The notes beneath the pieces are model-generated. The model saw only the letters and a list, made by a program, of their open reading frames with translations. It was not told the DNA's origin and did no database searches. Below, piece after piece: positions 27,106 to 36,439 of a DNA stretch of 64,000 nt (positions within the stretch are counted from its first letter, which is position 1; every line of letters begins with the position of its first letter). The stretch spans positions 1-64,000 of the IMG/VR virus record IMGVR_UViG_3300045988_117314; one strand, written 5' to 3'. The DNA is from a virus. Made by a program: the position numbers and the translations under genes.

Positions 27106-28207
27106 AATAGATATAAGAAGGATATTCAAAACCTCTAAACAGGTTATGGAAGAGGCGTATGAGAATATCTTGAAATACAGGCGGGGAGAGCTTATCCCCG
27201 CTAAAACCGGATACGATTATATTGATGAGGCTTTGCTTGGAGGTATTTTTCCTCAGCACGCTATTGCCATAGGAGCCCGGCCATCTGTAGGTAAATCGTA
27301 TGTGGCCCAAAAGATATTGGAAAATGTGATGAATCCGATGATCAACCCGCAAGCAGAAGATTATTTTCTTGTTAATTGCGAGTTCGAAATGAATCCTCAA
27401 GATCTTCTTCTTCGCAGAATGAGCCAGGATATGAAAAAGCGGGCTCCTGAAATATTAAGAAGGCAAGATTCTAATACAGTAGAAGAGATGAGGATGTTTG
27501 AAATCCTTCAAGGTGAAATCAGGAATAATATAATATACATCGATGCTCCGTGTACGGTAAAAGAGTTTGAGGCGGCTGTGTATCATATAGCTACCAAACA
27601 CAAAGACAAACGTCTTATAATATTTAAAGTCGATCATATTGCTTTGATAAAAAGAATGGGGTTAGATCCTAAGTCGGCTATAGATGATTTGGTGGCGGTT
27701 ATGAACGAAGCTAAATTAGTATATAAAAACATATTTTTCCTCATCATATCCCAATTCAACAGAGAGATAGAAGGAAGGATAAAAAGCCCACAAGAGCAGC
27801 CTCCGCGTCTTTCTGATTTTTACCAGTCTGATACGCTGGGTCAGTTATGTACGTTAATGATAGGTTTGCACAATCCTCGTAGGTACGGGCTGGATAAGTA
27901 TATGATATTTGGGAAAGACTGGTATCAGACTCTTGATAGGTTTAAAACTGAAAACAAAACATCATTCAGAACAGCCGGACTGGTGTTTCATCATATACTG
28001 AAGGTAAGGCAAGTTAGTATGGAAGAGCTTACTAATACAATCCACCCAGAGATACTGCCGGGACATGGATGGATGTACGGGGAGGGCGGGACGAAGTTCG
28101 TGAACCCCAACCAGCCGCCGACGCCGCCCAAGCTCTATACTGTGGAAGACGTTACGGACAATCAGGAACAAGAACAAGAGACAAAAGAAGAACAGTCATT
28201 GTATTAA
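27083..28207 (+). CDS. dnaB: replicative DNA helicase, DnaB family (RecA-like C-terminal domain)
   Basis: GYDYIDEALLGGIFPQHAIAIGARPSVGKS (Walker A). LIIFKVDHIALIKR. ATG 27083 with SD AAAGGTGA; the ORF-track GTG start at 27074 is the alternative. Confidence 0.75.
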   Translation: MQEDLKNKIDIRRIFKTSKQVMEEAYENILKYRRGELIPAKTGYDYIDEALLGGIFPQHAIAIGARPSVGKSYVAQKILENVMNPMINPQAEDYFLVNCEFEMNPQDLLLRRMSQDMKKRAPEILRRQDSNTVEEMRMFEILQGEIRNNIIYIDAPCTVKEFEAAVYHIATKHKDKRLIIFKVDHIALIKRMGLDPKSAIDDLVAVMNEAKLVYKNIFFLIISQFNREIEGRIKSPQEQPPRLSDFYQSDTLGQLCTLMIGLHNPRRYGLDKYMIFGKDWYQTLDRFKTENKTSFRTAGLVFHHILKVRQVSMEELTNTIHPEILPGHGWMYGEGGTKFVNPNQPPTPPKLYTVEDVTDNQEQEQETKEEQSLY

Positions 28208-28223
28208 AAAAAAAATAAGAACC

Positions 28224-28826
28224 ATGAGACTAACAGTAGAAGAAAACGAATACCTGATAAGTAAGTTCCTTTTGGTTCTTACTGAGTTTGCAGGGGATGA
28301 AAGAGAGATGTTTTTAATCAACTCCATACATGATAAGGCGGTGGCGGATATGAATTATCGTCTTCCGTCTTTAATAAGCAGAGAACGTAAAAGACGAGTT
28401 ATTGAACTCCTTAAAGAAGGAACCAGAATAATCAAGGACTTTTCCGGCTATGCAGGTGATATGGGTATGATTAACGAATACGATCGCCTAAAGAAAGAAA
28501 TAGGAACCGTCCAAGACCAGCTTGGTGACGTAGAAGGTCAACTTCGGGCAGCAGGAGAAGTTATTAAAAAAGAACTTGATATGATTGCTGACCGAATCAA
28601 AGAAGACCTCCTCGACCGGGAGCTGGCTAAAAGTAATGCTGAGGCTGAAAGAAAAGCCAAAGTAGATCCGAGATACGAAGTAGCTTTAGGTGATTACAAG
28701 GAGATGTTGGAAGTGATTTTTACAACCAGAAACAAGTATTCTACGGTAGATTCTGTACATGATGATCTTCGTCAGTCGGTATCTACCGGTAGAAATTCGA
28801 TTATCAAAGAAGGATACAATAGTTAA
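28224..28826 (+). CDS. coiled-coil protein (200 aa)
   Basis: ATG 28224; heptad-like charged repeats. Confidence 0.5.
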   Translation: MRLTVEENEYLISKFLLVLTEFAGDEREMFLINSIHDKAVADMNYRLPSLISRERKRRVIELLKEGTRIIKDFSGYAGDMGMINEYDRLKKEIGTVQDQLGDVEGQLRAAGEVIKKELDMIADRIKEDLLDRELAKSNAEAERKAKVDPRYEVALGDYKEMLEVIFTTRNKYSTVDSVHDDLRQSVSTGRNSIIKEGYNS

Positions 28827-28841
28827 AAAAAAGGAGGAAAT

Positions 28842-29051
28842 ATGGAAAAGAAGGAATTTAAAGTAGGAGAAGTGTTTGATGCCGGACTTGTAAGATTAAA
28901 ATGTGTGGATGCTCCAGAGCCAGACTTAGGATGTGAAGGATGTATATTTAATGACCACATTACATGCGGGTCGGTAGATGTAGTCGCAGGCCCGTGTAAT
29001 CACGTAGAGAGGGAGGATGGTAAGGATGTTATTTTTATTAAAGCTGATTAG
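28842..29051 (+). CDS. small Cys-rich protein, paralog of 209..490 (GCEGCIFNDH)
   Basis: ATG 28842 with SD AAGGAGGAAAT. CEGCIFND is identical to the 209 paralog. Confidence 0.5.
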   Translation: MEKKEFKVGEVFDAGLVRLKCVDAPEPDLGCEGCIFNDHITCGSVDVVAGPCNHVEREDGKDVIFIKAD

Positions 29052-29053
29052 GC

Positions 29054-29767
29054 ATGTACATCAATTTCAGACAACTTGCAGCATCAGACATGACTCCTAA
29101 TGATCTGGCTAATCTTCTTGCTATAAGACAGAAGGATACGGTTATGATCGAAGCCATGCTGGAAAAAGATGCTGGGAGGTATATAGAGCTTGGCCTGGTT
29201 GAGAAATTAAAATCAGGCGTGATGAGATTGACCAACAAAGGAACGTCTTTTGTGAATTATATAGAGACACCGGAAATGACGGACGAGGTCCTGGAAACGT
29301 TGAAGATTATGATAGGAATGTACGAATCATATTCAAAAGATATAGGTGTCAGCAGAAAAGAAGCGGAATCCAGATTGTGTTGGTTTATGGGTAACACCTC
29401 ATTCAAGAAAGAGGTCATACTTCAGGTAACAGAATCTTATATAGCAGAATCAGGAGATTACACAATGAGCTTATGTAACTTCATATGGAAACCGCCTTCT
29501 CAGGCTTTCTCAGTCCATATGAACCTCAAAAACTCAAAGCTCTTTGACTTAATAGCTGAAAAATTTAAGATCGCTACCGAACCTTATTTGGAGTCTAAGA
29601 AGAATAAGGAAATGGATTGGTTGTTTGCCGTATCTAAATTGCCTACGCCGCCAGCTAAAGGCAATCCGGATTATTTGTTTACCGGAAGTTCTGAAACAGA
29701 CAAAGAGCGATTGAAAAACATAAAAACGTATTTGTTTAACAAAATTAGAAAGCAATGGAAAAAGTAA
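29054..29767 (+). CDS. hypothetical protein (237 aa)
   Basis: ATG 29054. Confidence 0.5.
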   Translation: MYINFRQLAASDMTPNDLANLLAIRQKDTVMIEAMLEKDAGRYIELGLVEKLKSGVMRLTNKGTSFVNYIETPEMTDEVLETLKIMIGMYESYSKDIGVSRKEAESRLCWFMGNTSFKKEVILQVTESYIAESGDYTMSLCNFIWKPPSQAFSVHMNLKNSKLFDLIAEKFKIATEPYLESKKNKEMDWLFAVSKLPTPPAKGNPDYLFTGSSETDKERLKNIKTYLFNKIRKQWKK

Positions 29768-30006
29768 GAATCAGAAAGATAATAGAGGATATAATTATTA
29801 CTCAGTTTCTTAATTCAGAAATAGATATAGTTCATGAAGAAGATGTGTCGTTTAAAGAACTTGGATTAGATTCTGTTGATCAAATTGAACTGGAAGTGAT
29901 GGTGGAACAAAAATTCAATATTGTTATTATTGATTATGATATGGAGACCATCAAAGATATGACTGATCTTGTTTACAAAATAATAACAGAAGGATATGGG
30001 AAGTGA
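29755..30006 (+). CDS. acyl carrier protein-like (phosphopantetheine-binding) small acidic protein
   Basis: LGLDSVDQIELEVMVEQKF matches the ACP DSL attachment-site helix-II motif. 83 aa, acidic. Confidence 0.5.
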   Translation: MEKVRIRKIIEDIIITQFLNSEIDIVHEEDVSFKELGLDSVDQIELEVMVEQKFNIVIIDYDMETIKDMTDLVYKIITEGYGK

Positions 30007-30490
30007 CATAATTTTATGCATGGCTTTAATAGCGTCATTTGCTTTTGTTATACAGTTTTTGTTATCGATATTAGGATCTGATCTGGATACGGATATTGAC
30101 ATTGACAGTGCTTCTGATTTAAGCATGTCTTTGTCGGACATCATATCATTCAAGGGCATAACACATTTTATTCTTGGATATAGCTGGACTACCTACTTTT
30201 CGGGTTCTCATTTAGTAGGGGTTGTGATAGGGTCGTTTTTCTTTATCGTTTTGTTTTACGTATATAAATTACTTCTTAAGTTAAAACAAGAAATGGTGTA
30301 CGAATGTCCGGAAGATTTAAATGGCAGAGAGGTGGAGATAGTGTTTAGATCAGGGAAGAATCATTATATGGTAAATATTTCGAAAAATGGAAGACAAGAG
30401 CAAATGAGAGTAAGATGCTTGTCTGGAAAAACTTACAAAAACGGTGACAAGGTGAATATAAAATACGAAGAAGGAGAACTAAGTATCTAA
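29996..30490 (+). CDS. NfeD-like membrane protein (TM segments plus C-terminal OB-fold-like beta domain)
   Basis: N-terminal hydrophobic helices, then a C-terminal beta-rich ~70 aa (EVEIVFRSGKNHYMVNISKNGRQEQMRVRCLSGKTYKNGDKVNI). Lies immediately upstream of the SPFH gene, as in yqiJ/yqiK-type operons. Confidence 0.55.
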   Translation: MGSDIILCMALIASFAFVIQFLLSILGSDLDTDIDIDSASDLSMSLSDIISFKGITHFILGYSWTTYFSGSHLVGVVIGSFFFIVLFYVYKLLLKLKQEMVYECPEDLNGREVEIVFRSGKNHYMVNISKNGRQEQMRVRCLSGKTYKNGDKVNIKYEEGELSI

Positions 30491-30522
30491 TTTTTTTTAT
30501 CAACAATTAAATTTTAAAAGTT

Positions 30523-32223
30523 ATGACAACAATCATGTACGTGTCAGCTATCTTAGCTGTAGTGATTATTTTGACAATCATCGGAGTCTTATCAAGGTAT
30601 CGTAGATGTAAGCCTAATCAGGTCTTGGTCGTTTATGGTAAGACAGGTGGGGAAAAGAAATCGGCGAAATTATATCATGGTGGAGCGGCATTTGTCTTGC
30701 CTATTATTCAAAGCTATGATGTTTTGTCAATGGAGCCTATGCAAATAGATTGCAAGCTTACCGGTGCTTTGTCATCTCAGAATATTAGAGTAGATGTTCC
30801 TACGACTATTACAGTAGCTATCAGTACAAATCCAGAGATCATGCAAAATGCGGCAGAAAGACTTTTGGGAATGGATACCGAATCTACTGAAAATCTTATT
30901 ACGGACATCGTTTACGGTCAGATGCGTTTGATTATTGCTGAAATGACAATCGAAAAACTTAATTCTGACAGGGATGAGTTTTTGGATAAGGCAAGAAAGA
31001 ACATTGATAACGAGCTTAACAAGTTAGGTCTTTACCTCCTGAACATCAACATCAGTGACATTAGAGACGAAGCCGGTTATATTATGAACCTTGGTAAGGA
31101 GGCTGAAAGTAGGGCTCTGAACGAAGCACAGGCTAATATCGAAGAACAGGAGAAGCTGGGGGCTATTAAGATTGCTGTACAGCAGAAGGAGAAAGAAACG
31201 GCTGTGGCTAATACCAAAAAAGAACAAGAGATTCAAATTGCTTGTACTGAAAAAGAAAAGGAAACAATAGTAGCTGAAACGAAGAAAGAAAAAGAAATAG
31301 CTTTGGCTTTAACCGATAAAGAAAAACAGATTGGTGTAGCTCAAGCAGATAGAGATAGGGCTGCGGTTATCGCAAAAACTTTAACCGACAAGGAATCGGC
31401 GATCGTAAGATCTAAGGCAGAACTTGAAGTAAATAAAGCCGAGGCTGAAAGGATGGAAGAAGTCGGAAAGAATAAGGCTGAAGCTGACAAGGAAGCAGCT
31501 ATAGCAATACAAGACTCTGAAGCTCAGATTAAGAAGGCTGAGGCTGAGAAAAATGCGTCTATAGGATACAACAATGCCCAGAAGGAGGTTGCTGTGTCAG
31601 TATCAGAACTACAGATCATCAAAGCTCAATCAGAGAAGAAGGCCGGAGAAGAAAAAGTTAAATCGGAAGCGGCTGTAAAAACAGCAAAAGAGCTTGCCGA
31701 CAAAGAAGTGGAAGAAGCTAAGGCTAAGAAAGTTCAGGCTGCGCTTAAGGCTGAAAAGATTGTGCCGGCTGAAACCCAGAAGGAAGAGGCTATCTTGCAA
31801 GCTGATGCCGAGGCCGAGAAGATCAAACGCCGGGCTGAGGCTGAGGCATCAGCACATTTGGCAAAAGCTGAGGCAGAGGCAAAAGCTATTCAGATGAAGC
31901 TGGAGGCAGAAGCCGAAGGTAAGAAAAAGTCGTTAATGGCAGAAGCCGACGGATTTAAGGCTATGGTGGAAGCAGCAGAATCCAATCCTCAGATCGCCAT
32001 CCAGTACAAGATGGTTAATCAGTGGAAAGAAATTGCTGGAGAACAGGTTAAAGCATTTGAGCACATTAATCTCGGAAATATCACGGTATTTGACGGCGGT
32101 CAGAACAGTACCGGTAATTTCCTTAACAATGTTGTCAAGACCGTCGCTCCGGCATTGGGAGTCATTGATCAGCTTCCGATTGCAGATACTTTAAAGAAAT
32201 TAAAAGGAGATGACAAAAAATAA
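30523..32223 (+). CDS. SPFH/Band-7 (flotillin / YqiK-like) membrane protein with long Ala/Glu/Lys coiled-coil region
   Basis: N-terminal TM helix, SPFH core (NQVLVVYGKTGG...AERLLGMD...), then ~250 aa of EA/KE-rich coiled coil. 566 aa. Confidence 0.85.
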   Translation: MTTIMYVSAILAVVIILTIIGVLSRYRRCKPNQVLVVYGKTGGEKKSAKLYHGGAAFVLPIIQSYDVLSMEPMQIDCKLTGALSSQNIRVDVPTTITVAISTNPEIMQNAAERLLGMDTESTENLITDIVYGQMRLIIAEMTIEKLNSDRDEFLDKARKNIDNELNKLGLYLLNINISDIRDEAGYIMNLGKEAESRALNEAQANIEEQEKLGAIKIAVQQKEKETAVANTKKEQEIQIACTEKEKETIVAETKKEKEIALALTDKEKQIGVAQADRDRAAVIAKTLTDKESAIVRSKAELEVNKAEAERMEEVGKNKAEADKEAAIAIQDSEAQIKKAEAEKNASIGYNNAQKEVAVSVSELQIIKAQSEKKAGEEKVKSEAAVKTAKELADKEVEEAKAKKVQAALKAEKIVPAETQKEEAILQADAEAEKIKRRAEAEASAHLAKAEAEAKAIQMKLEAEAEGKKKSLMAEADGFKAMVEAAESNPQIAIQYKMVNQWKEIAGEQVKAFEHINLGNITVFDGGQNSTGNFLNNVVKTVAPALGVIDQLPIADTLKKLKGDDKK

Positions 32224-32446
32224 ATACAATGGCCCAAGGTTACACTTGGGCCTAATTGAAGAAATAAAAGCAGCATTCATAGATTTCCTGCCTGCGGGAA
32301 CAGTGATTTTAAGTGCTTTACTAATTACGATATTTTTAACATGGATTTTGGACAAGATTTAGAACCAGAAGAACTTACCGGGCATTATGATCAGTGTTAT
32401 GGAATTGATTTTGAAACAGAAGAAGAGGAGGATGAAGAATATGACG

Positions 32447-32746
32447 GATGAGGAATTTGCATTAGATAATAAGAAAAAAGTTGTTGTAAGAAAAAGAATA
32501 TCCTATTTAAGCAAAGGGGATAAAGTGTGGATCGTGTCTTCCGACGGCTACCTGCTACACACGGACGTCGTTCGGCGGGACCGGGGCCGATCTTATGTGG
32601 ATATAGACGGGATACTGTATTGGAAGCGAGGATTAGATGGCAAGCATCGTAATCGTAATAACTACATGCAGTTTGCCATGACACCAGAAGACGGTAAGAA
32701 GTATGTCGTATATTACCCGGAAGGATTTAAAGACAATGACTTATGA
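32447..32746 (+). CDS. hypothetical basic protein (99 aa)
   Basis: ATG 32447 preceded by strong SD GAGGAGGA. The ORF-track start at 32387 is less likely. Confidence 0.45.
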   Translation, partial: DEEFALDNKKKVVVRKRISYLSKGDKVWIVSSDGYLLHTDVVRRDRGRSYVDIDGILYWKRGLDGKHRNRNNYMQFAMTPEDGKKYVVYYPEGFKDNDL

Positions 32747-33762
32747 TGGTCCCGGAAACGCATTTGCTATATAAGGAGTTTAATGGTGTAAAACGTCTTG
32801 CCATATCTTATTCCCAGATAGATACGTTTCTTACCTGTCCAATGAAATGGTATAAGACTTACGTAGAGGGCAAAAGGTCTACGGAAAAACAAGAAGCTAC
32901 GTCTTATGGTACGGTTATCCATAAGACACTGGAATACTTCTTTAAGAACGGAAGACAGCCTTCTGGTAAAGACCTTGGAGAAGCGATAAGTTACTATGCT
33001 TACCAAGAAGACATACCTTGGCAATCACCGGAAAATATGATGATAGCCATGAAGCAATCCGGGGAGCTTCTTGCTTGGATTGTGGATCTATTTAAAAAAG
33101 ACGGCAATAGGTTTATGATAGCTGATAGTGATCTTAATCCCTGCGAGAAACTTATCAGGTACGGCGCCATAGTTGGAGTCGAAGAAGATTTTGTGCTGCC
33201 GTACCGTCTTCCTAAGCCTGTTGATATAAATGGGGTAATTCATACCCATGTGTACATAGTAGGATCAGTGGATCTTCATCTGGCTATAAAAAGCAAGAAC
33301 GTAGTTCACCATTATGTCATAGATTGGAAATCAGGAAATAAGGTTTTTGATTCTAAGAAATTGGAAACGAATTTACAGCATCCTATATATTCATTTTACA
33401 TCTATAGAAGATATGGTGGGGTTCTACCAGATATGAACATCTATTTCTTTACCAGGACCAGGCAGTACCAAAAGGTTAAGGTAGATGAAGAGCGTAAAAC
33501 AAAATCTATAGAAATGCTAAATGACACTTTATCTAAAATGTATGATTTTGAAGATAATAGTGTAAAATCATTTCAAGCGTACATCCAGGGAGCAGAAGGA
33601 GCCAGGTATAGCAAGCGGCGTGCCACCCTAAGCCAGCCTGTTCCGCAAAACAAGCTGCCCTGCCCGTCGGCACTGTGTTATTATTGTGACTTTGGATTAC
33701 ATAACAAAAACGAATGCCCTTTCTCTTCGGATTGGGATCCGTCTAAAAAGATAAAGCGATGA
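32743..33762 (+). CDS. PD-(D/E)xK exonuclease, Cas4/RecB-family-like with Cys cluster
   Basis: SYSQIDTFLTCPMKWY. GTVIHKTLE. VIDWKSG...LQHPIYSFY. C-terminal CPSALCYYC...ECPF. Confidence 0.65.
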   Translation: MMVPETHLLYKEFNGVKRLAISYSQIDTFLTCPMKWYKTYVEGKRSTEKQEATSYGTVIHKTLEYFFKNGRQPSGKDLGEAISYYAYQEDIPWQSPENMMIAMKQSGELLAWIVDLFKKDGNRFMIADSDLNPCEKLIRYGAIVGVEEDFVLPYRLPKPVDINGVIHTHVYIVGSVDLHLAIKSKNVVHHYVIDWKSGNKVFDSKKLETNLQHPIYSFYIYRRYGGVLPDMNIYFFTRTRQYQKVKVDEERKTKSIEMLNDTLSKMYDFEDNSVKSFQAYIQGAEGARYSKRRATLSQPVPQNKLPCPSALCYYCDFGLHNKNECPFSSDWDPSKKIKR

Positions 33763-33932
33763 AATACGAGGACGTTCAAAAGTTAAGAACAAAATACCGG
33801 CAAGATCCGGAAGTTATAAACGTAGAATACATGAGAGACGTTGCTGTAAGATGCGGGAATTTCAAGAAAGCGTTTGAGCTTCAGGAAAGACTGGAGGATA
33901 TATGGTTTAACTACTTAAAAGAGGTGCAATGA
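33759..33932 (+). CDS. unannotated small protein (57 aa), ATGA-coupled at both ends
   Basis: ATG 33759 overlaps the upstream stop (ATGA), and its own stop overlaps ATG 33929 (ATGA). Below the 60-aa cutoff of the ORF track. Confidence 0.4.
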   Translation: MKYEDVQKLRTKYRQDPEVINVEYMRDVAVRCGNFKKAFELQERLEDIWFNYLKEVQ

Positions 33933-34249
33933 AAGAAGTATTGATAGCAGGAGCAGCGGCCTTTTTATTATTATACTTGTTTGTAACGATTCTTATAAAA
34001 ATAAGCATGGCAATAGATCGGTATAAGATGAAGAAGAAGACCGACAAAATAAAAGTCGGTCAAAGATACGAATACGAAGGCTACTTCATGGATCCATTTG
34101 AAAGAGGCAAGCATGTGATTAAGATATTAGACATAAAGGAAGGGTTCGCTCTGTACGAGTACGGAAAAAGCCCAACTTTATTATTTTCTATGGAGCTTGA
34201 AGATATTGTTAAAAGATATGTTTTAATTACTGATGTTAAACACAAGTAA
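33929..34249 (+). CDS. membrane-anchored small protein (106 aa)
   Basis: ATG 33929 with SD AGAGGTG; N-terminal TM. Confidence 0.45.
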   Translation: MKEVLIAGAAAFLLLYLFVTILIKISMAIDRYKMKKKTDKIKVGQRYEYEGYFMDPFERGKHVIKILDIKEGFALYEYGKSPTLLFSMELEDIVKRYVLITDVKHK

Positions 34250-34252
34250 GTC

Positions 34253-34630
34253 ATGAAAAAAGAAGTTACAATCAAGGAAGATATGGTTGCGTTTTATAAA
34301 AATGCAGGAAAGGAACTATGGATTTATAACGGACTTTTCAGAAACAAGGTATTGTCTATAAAAAAAGATAAAGCCATTATCATGTGTGAAACTGATGCTG
34401 AATATGCTGTACTGATAGAAGATAATCAGTTTATTGCCGTAGCAAAAAACATGGATTATGATTACTGCTGCGCATTCACATTAGGTAATGCCGAGGCTTA
34501 TGGAGATCGTATGGGCATATCGTGCAGTGTATGCTTGCTCGAAGATAATGAGAATAAAGCAAGGGAAATGTTGAAAGAGGCGATAATAGAACTTTCAAAA
34601 AACAGTAAAATAGATTGCGATGGGCTTTGA
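34253..34630 (+). CDS. hypothetical protein (125 aa)
   Basis: ATG 34253. Confidence 0.5.
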   Translation: MKKEVTIKEDMVAFYKNAGKELWIYNGLFRNKVLSIKKDKAIIMCETDAEYAVLIEDNQFIAVAKNMDYDYCCAFTLGNAEAYGDRMGISCSVCLLEDNENKAREMLKEAIIELSKNSKIDCDGL

Positions 34631-36041
34631 ACTTAGACCTTACCAAAAAGAGGCAGTAGATGCCGGACTTAAGTTTCTTACAGGAAGATCTAAGAAGCCT
34701 GGCATAATCGTAGCTCCATGCGGATGTGGAAAGAGCCTTCTGATATCCAAGATAGCACATGAAATAAATAGACCGACATTAGTATTACAGCCCTCAAAAG
34801 AGATTCTGGAGCAGAATTATGCAAAGGCCGTATCATTCGGTTCTAAACCTACTATATATTCTGCTTCATGTGGTATAAAGGAACTGTCGGCTATGACTTA
34901 TGCTACACTTAAAAGCATAAAGAAAGACGTAGCAAGGTTGAAAGATATAGGGATAGACACCTTATTGGTGGACGAATGCCACTCGGGGTATTCCCCTGAG
35001 GAAGGTTCTGAATTTATGGAGTTTATGAACGGGTTTCCAGAGGCGAAGGTGCTGGGCTTCACCGCCACTCCCTGCCGACTCAGGGCCTACAGTTCCATGC
35101 TGGAAGGAAACTACAGCAAGCTCAATATGCTGACGAAAGACGAGCATAACTTCTTCAAGAAAATAGTTCATGTAACTCAAATACAAGAACTAACCTCTCA
35201 AGGGTTTTGGTGTCCACTTAAGTACGAACGATGGTCGTTTGATGAATCGGCTCTGATGTTAAACAGTACCGGGGCTGAATACACCAACGAATCTATTAAA
35301 GAAAGTATTGTAAGAAATGGCTTAAACAACTCTATCTACAAGCGCCTTCTTCAACTTATGAACGAACGTAAAGCCATTTTGGTTTGCATGGATTCTATCG
35401 AATCATGTAATAGAATATCAGAGTTCATGAATGCCAGGATGGGAGCCATAACCGGTGTCGTAACATCGCTAACAACCAAAAAGAAAAGAGAGCAAATCAT
35501 ATCAGATTTTAAAGAAGGTAAGTTGAAGGTGGTTTTTAATTATTCAACGCTTGCTACCGGATTTGATTTTCCTGAACTTGATTGCGTGATGTTTGGTCGC
35601 CCAACGTTCTCATATTCAACATATTACCAAATATTGGGCCGCGCCGTACGCATCCATCCTGACAAGAAAGAGGCACTGATAGTTGATTGCTGCGACAACA
35701 TGAGGCGTTTCGGTCGGATAGAAGACCTGACAATCGAACAATTCCCTTCTAAGGGCTGGTGTATGTTTGCCGGCGATCAACTTCTGTCCAATATAAGGAT
35801 GGGTGATATTATTACCAAAGACGAGATCCTTCGCCGGGCAGCCTCGCTTAAATCTGTGAATGGAGATGGTAGGAGAGAAGACGATCTTGACAGTATAATA
35901 ATGTGGTTTGGAAAATATGAAGGAATTAGATTCAAGGACATACCGGTGTCGTATTTTAGGTTCTTGGCTGAGAATATGGCAGTAAAACCAGGAGATAGGA
36001 AAGAAAAGATTATCGAATATTATAATAGGATAAAGGCATGA
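34620..36041 (+). CDS. SF2 DExH-box DNA/RNA helicase (type III restriction Res-like / phage helicase)
   Basis: LRPYQKEAV. Walker A APCGCGKS. LLVDECH (DExH). FTATP. QILGRAVR (motif VI). Confidence 0.8.
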   Translation: MGFELRPYQKEAVDAGLKFLTGRSKKPGIIVAPCGCGKSLLISKIAHEINRPTLVLQPSKEILEQNYAKAVSFGSKPTIYSASCGIKELSAMTYATLKSIKKDVARLKDIGIDTLLVDECHSGYSPEEGSEFMEFMNGFPEAKVLGFTATPCRLRAYSSMLEGNYSKLNMLTKDEHNFFKKIVHVTQIQELTSQGFWCPLKYERWSFDESALMLNSTGAEYTNESIKESIVRNGLNNSIYKRLLQLMNERKAILVCMDSIESCNRISEFMNARMGAITGVVTSLTTKKKREQIISDFKEGKLKVVFNYSTLATGFDFPELDCVMFGRPTFSYSTYYQILGRAVRIHPDKKEALIVDCCDNMRRFGRIEDLTIEQFPSKGWCMFAGDQLLSNIRMGDIITKDEILRRAASLKSVNGDGRREDDLDSIIMWFGKYEGIRFKDIPVSYFRFLAENMAVKPGDRKEKIIEYYNRIKA

Positions 36042-36394
36042 ACAACAAGAGAAGAAAAAAAATATCGGATGTTATTAACAATGTAAATAAGTATAAAACA
36101 GATTTTGAATACATCAAATCAAAGTTGTCGGAGTTGAAGCACAACATAAATTCAGCCAAAGATGATGTTGATATGATTTTAGACGAAGAGACTGAGGCGA
36201 GAGATAATATACCGGAATCGTTACAAGACTCAGAAAGATATTGGGAATCAGATCAGGCTGTAACTGATATGGAGGAGGTGGTTGATGACATGGAAAGTAT
36301 TATAAATGATATAGATGATGTGATTTCGACCATAGATGGGAGCATTAAAACCATAAATGGTTCTATAAAAGTAAATTTGGTAGGAATAATGTGA
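36038..36394 (+). CDS. acidic hypothetical protein (118 aa)
   Basis: ATG 36038. Confidence 0.45.
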   Translation: MNNKRRKKISDVINNVNKYKTDFEYIKSKLSELKHNINSAKDDVDMILDEETEARDNIPESLQDSERYWESDQAVTDMEEVVDDMESIINDIDDVISTIDGSIKTINGSIKVNLVGIM

Positions 36395-36439
36395 GTCCAT
36401 AAAAACACTATAAGTAAAATTTAACACTATAATTTTTTA

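Noticed and set aside
31694-31897. Arg/Lys-rich 67-aa alternative-frame ORF inside the flotillin gene.
   Set aside because: It is produced by the repetitive GAA/GCT/AAG codons of the coiled-coil region read out of frame. No start context.
32246-32361. Hydrophobic mini-ORF (TTG start, about 38 aa) downstream of the SPFH gene.
   Set aside because: Non-ATG start and no SD. Mentioned in findings as a possibility but not listed as a feature.
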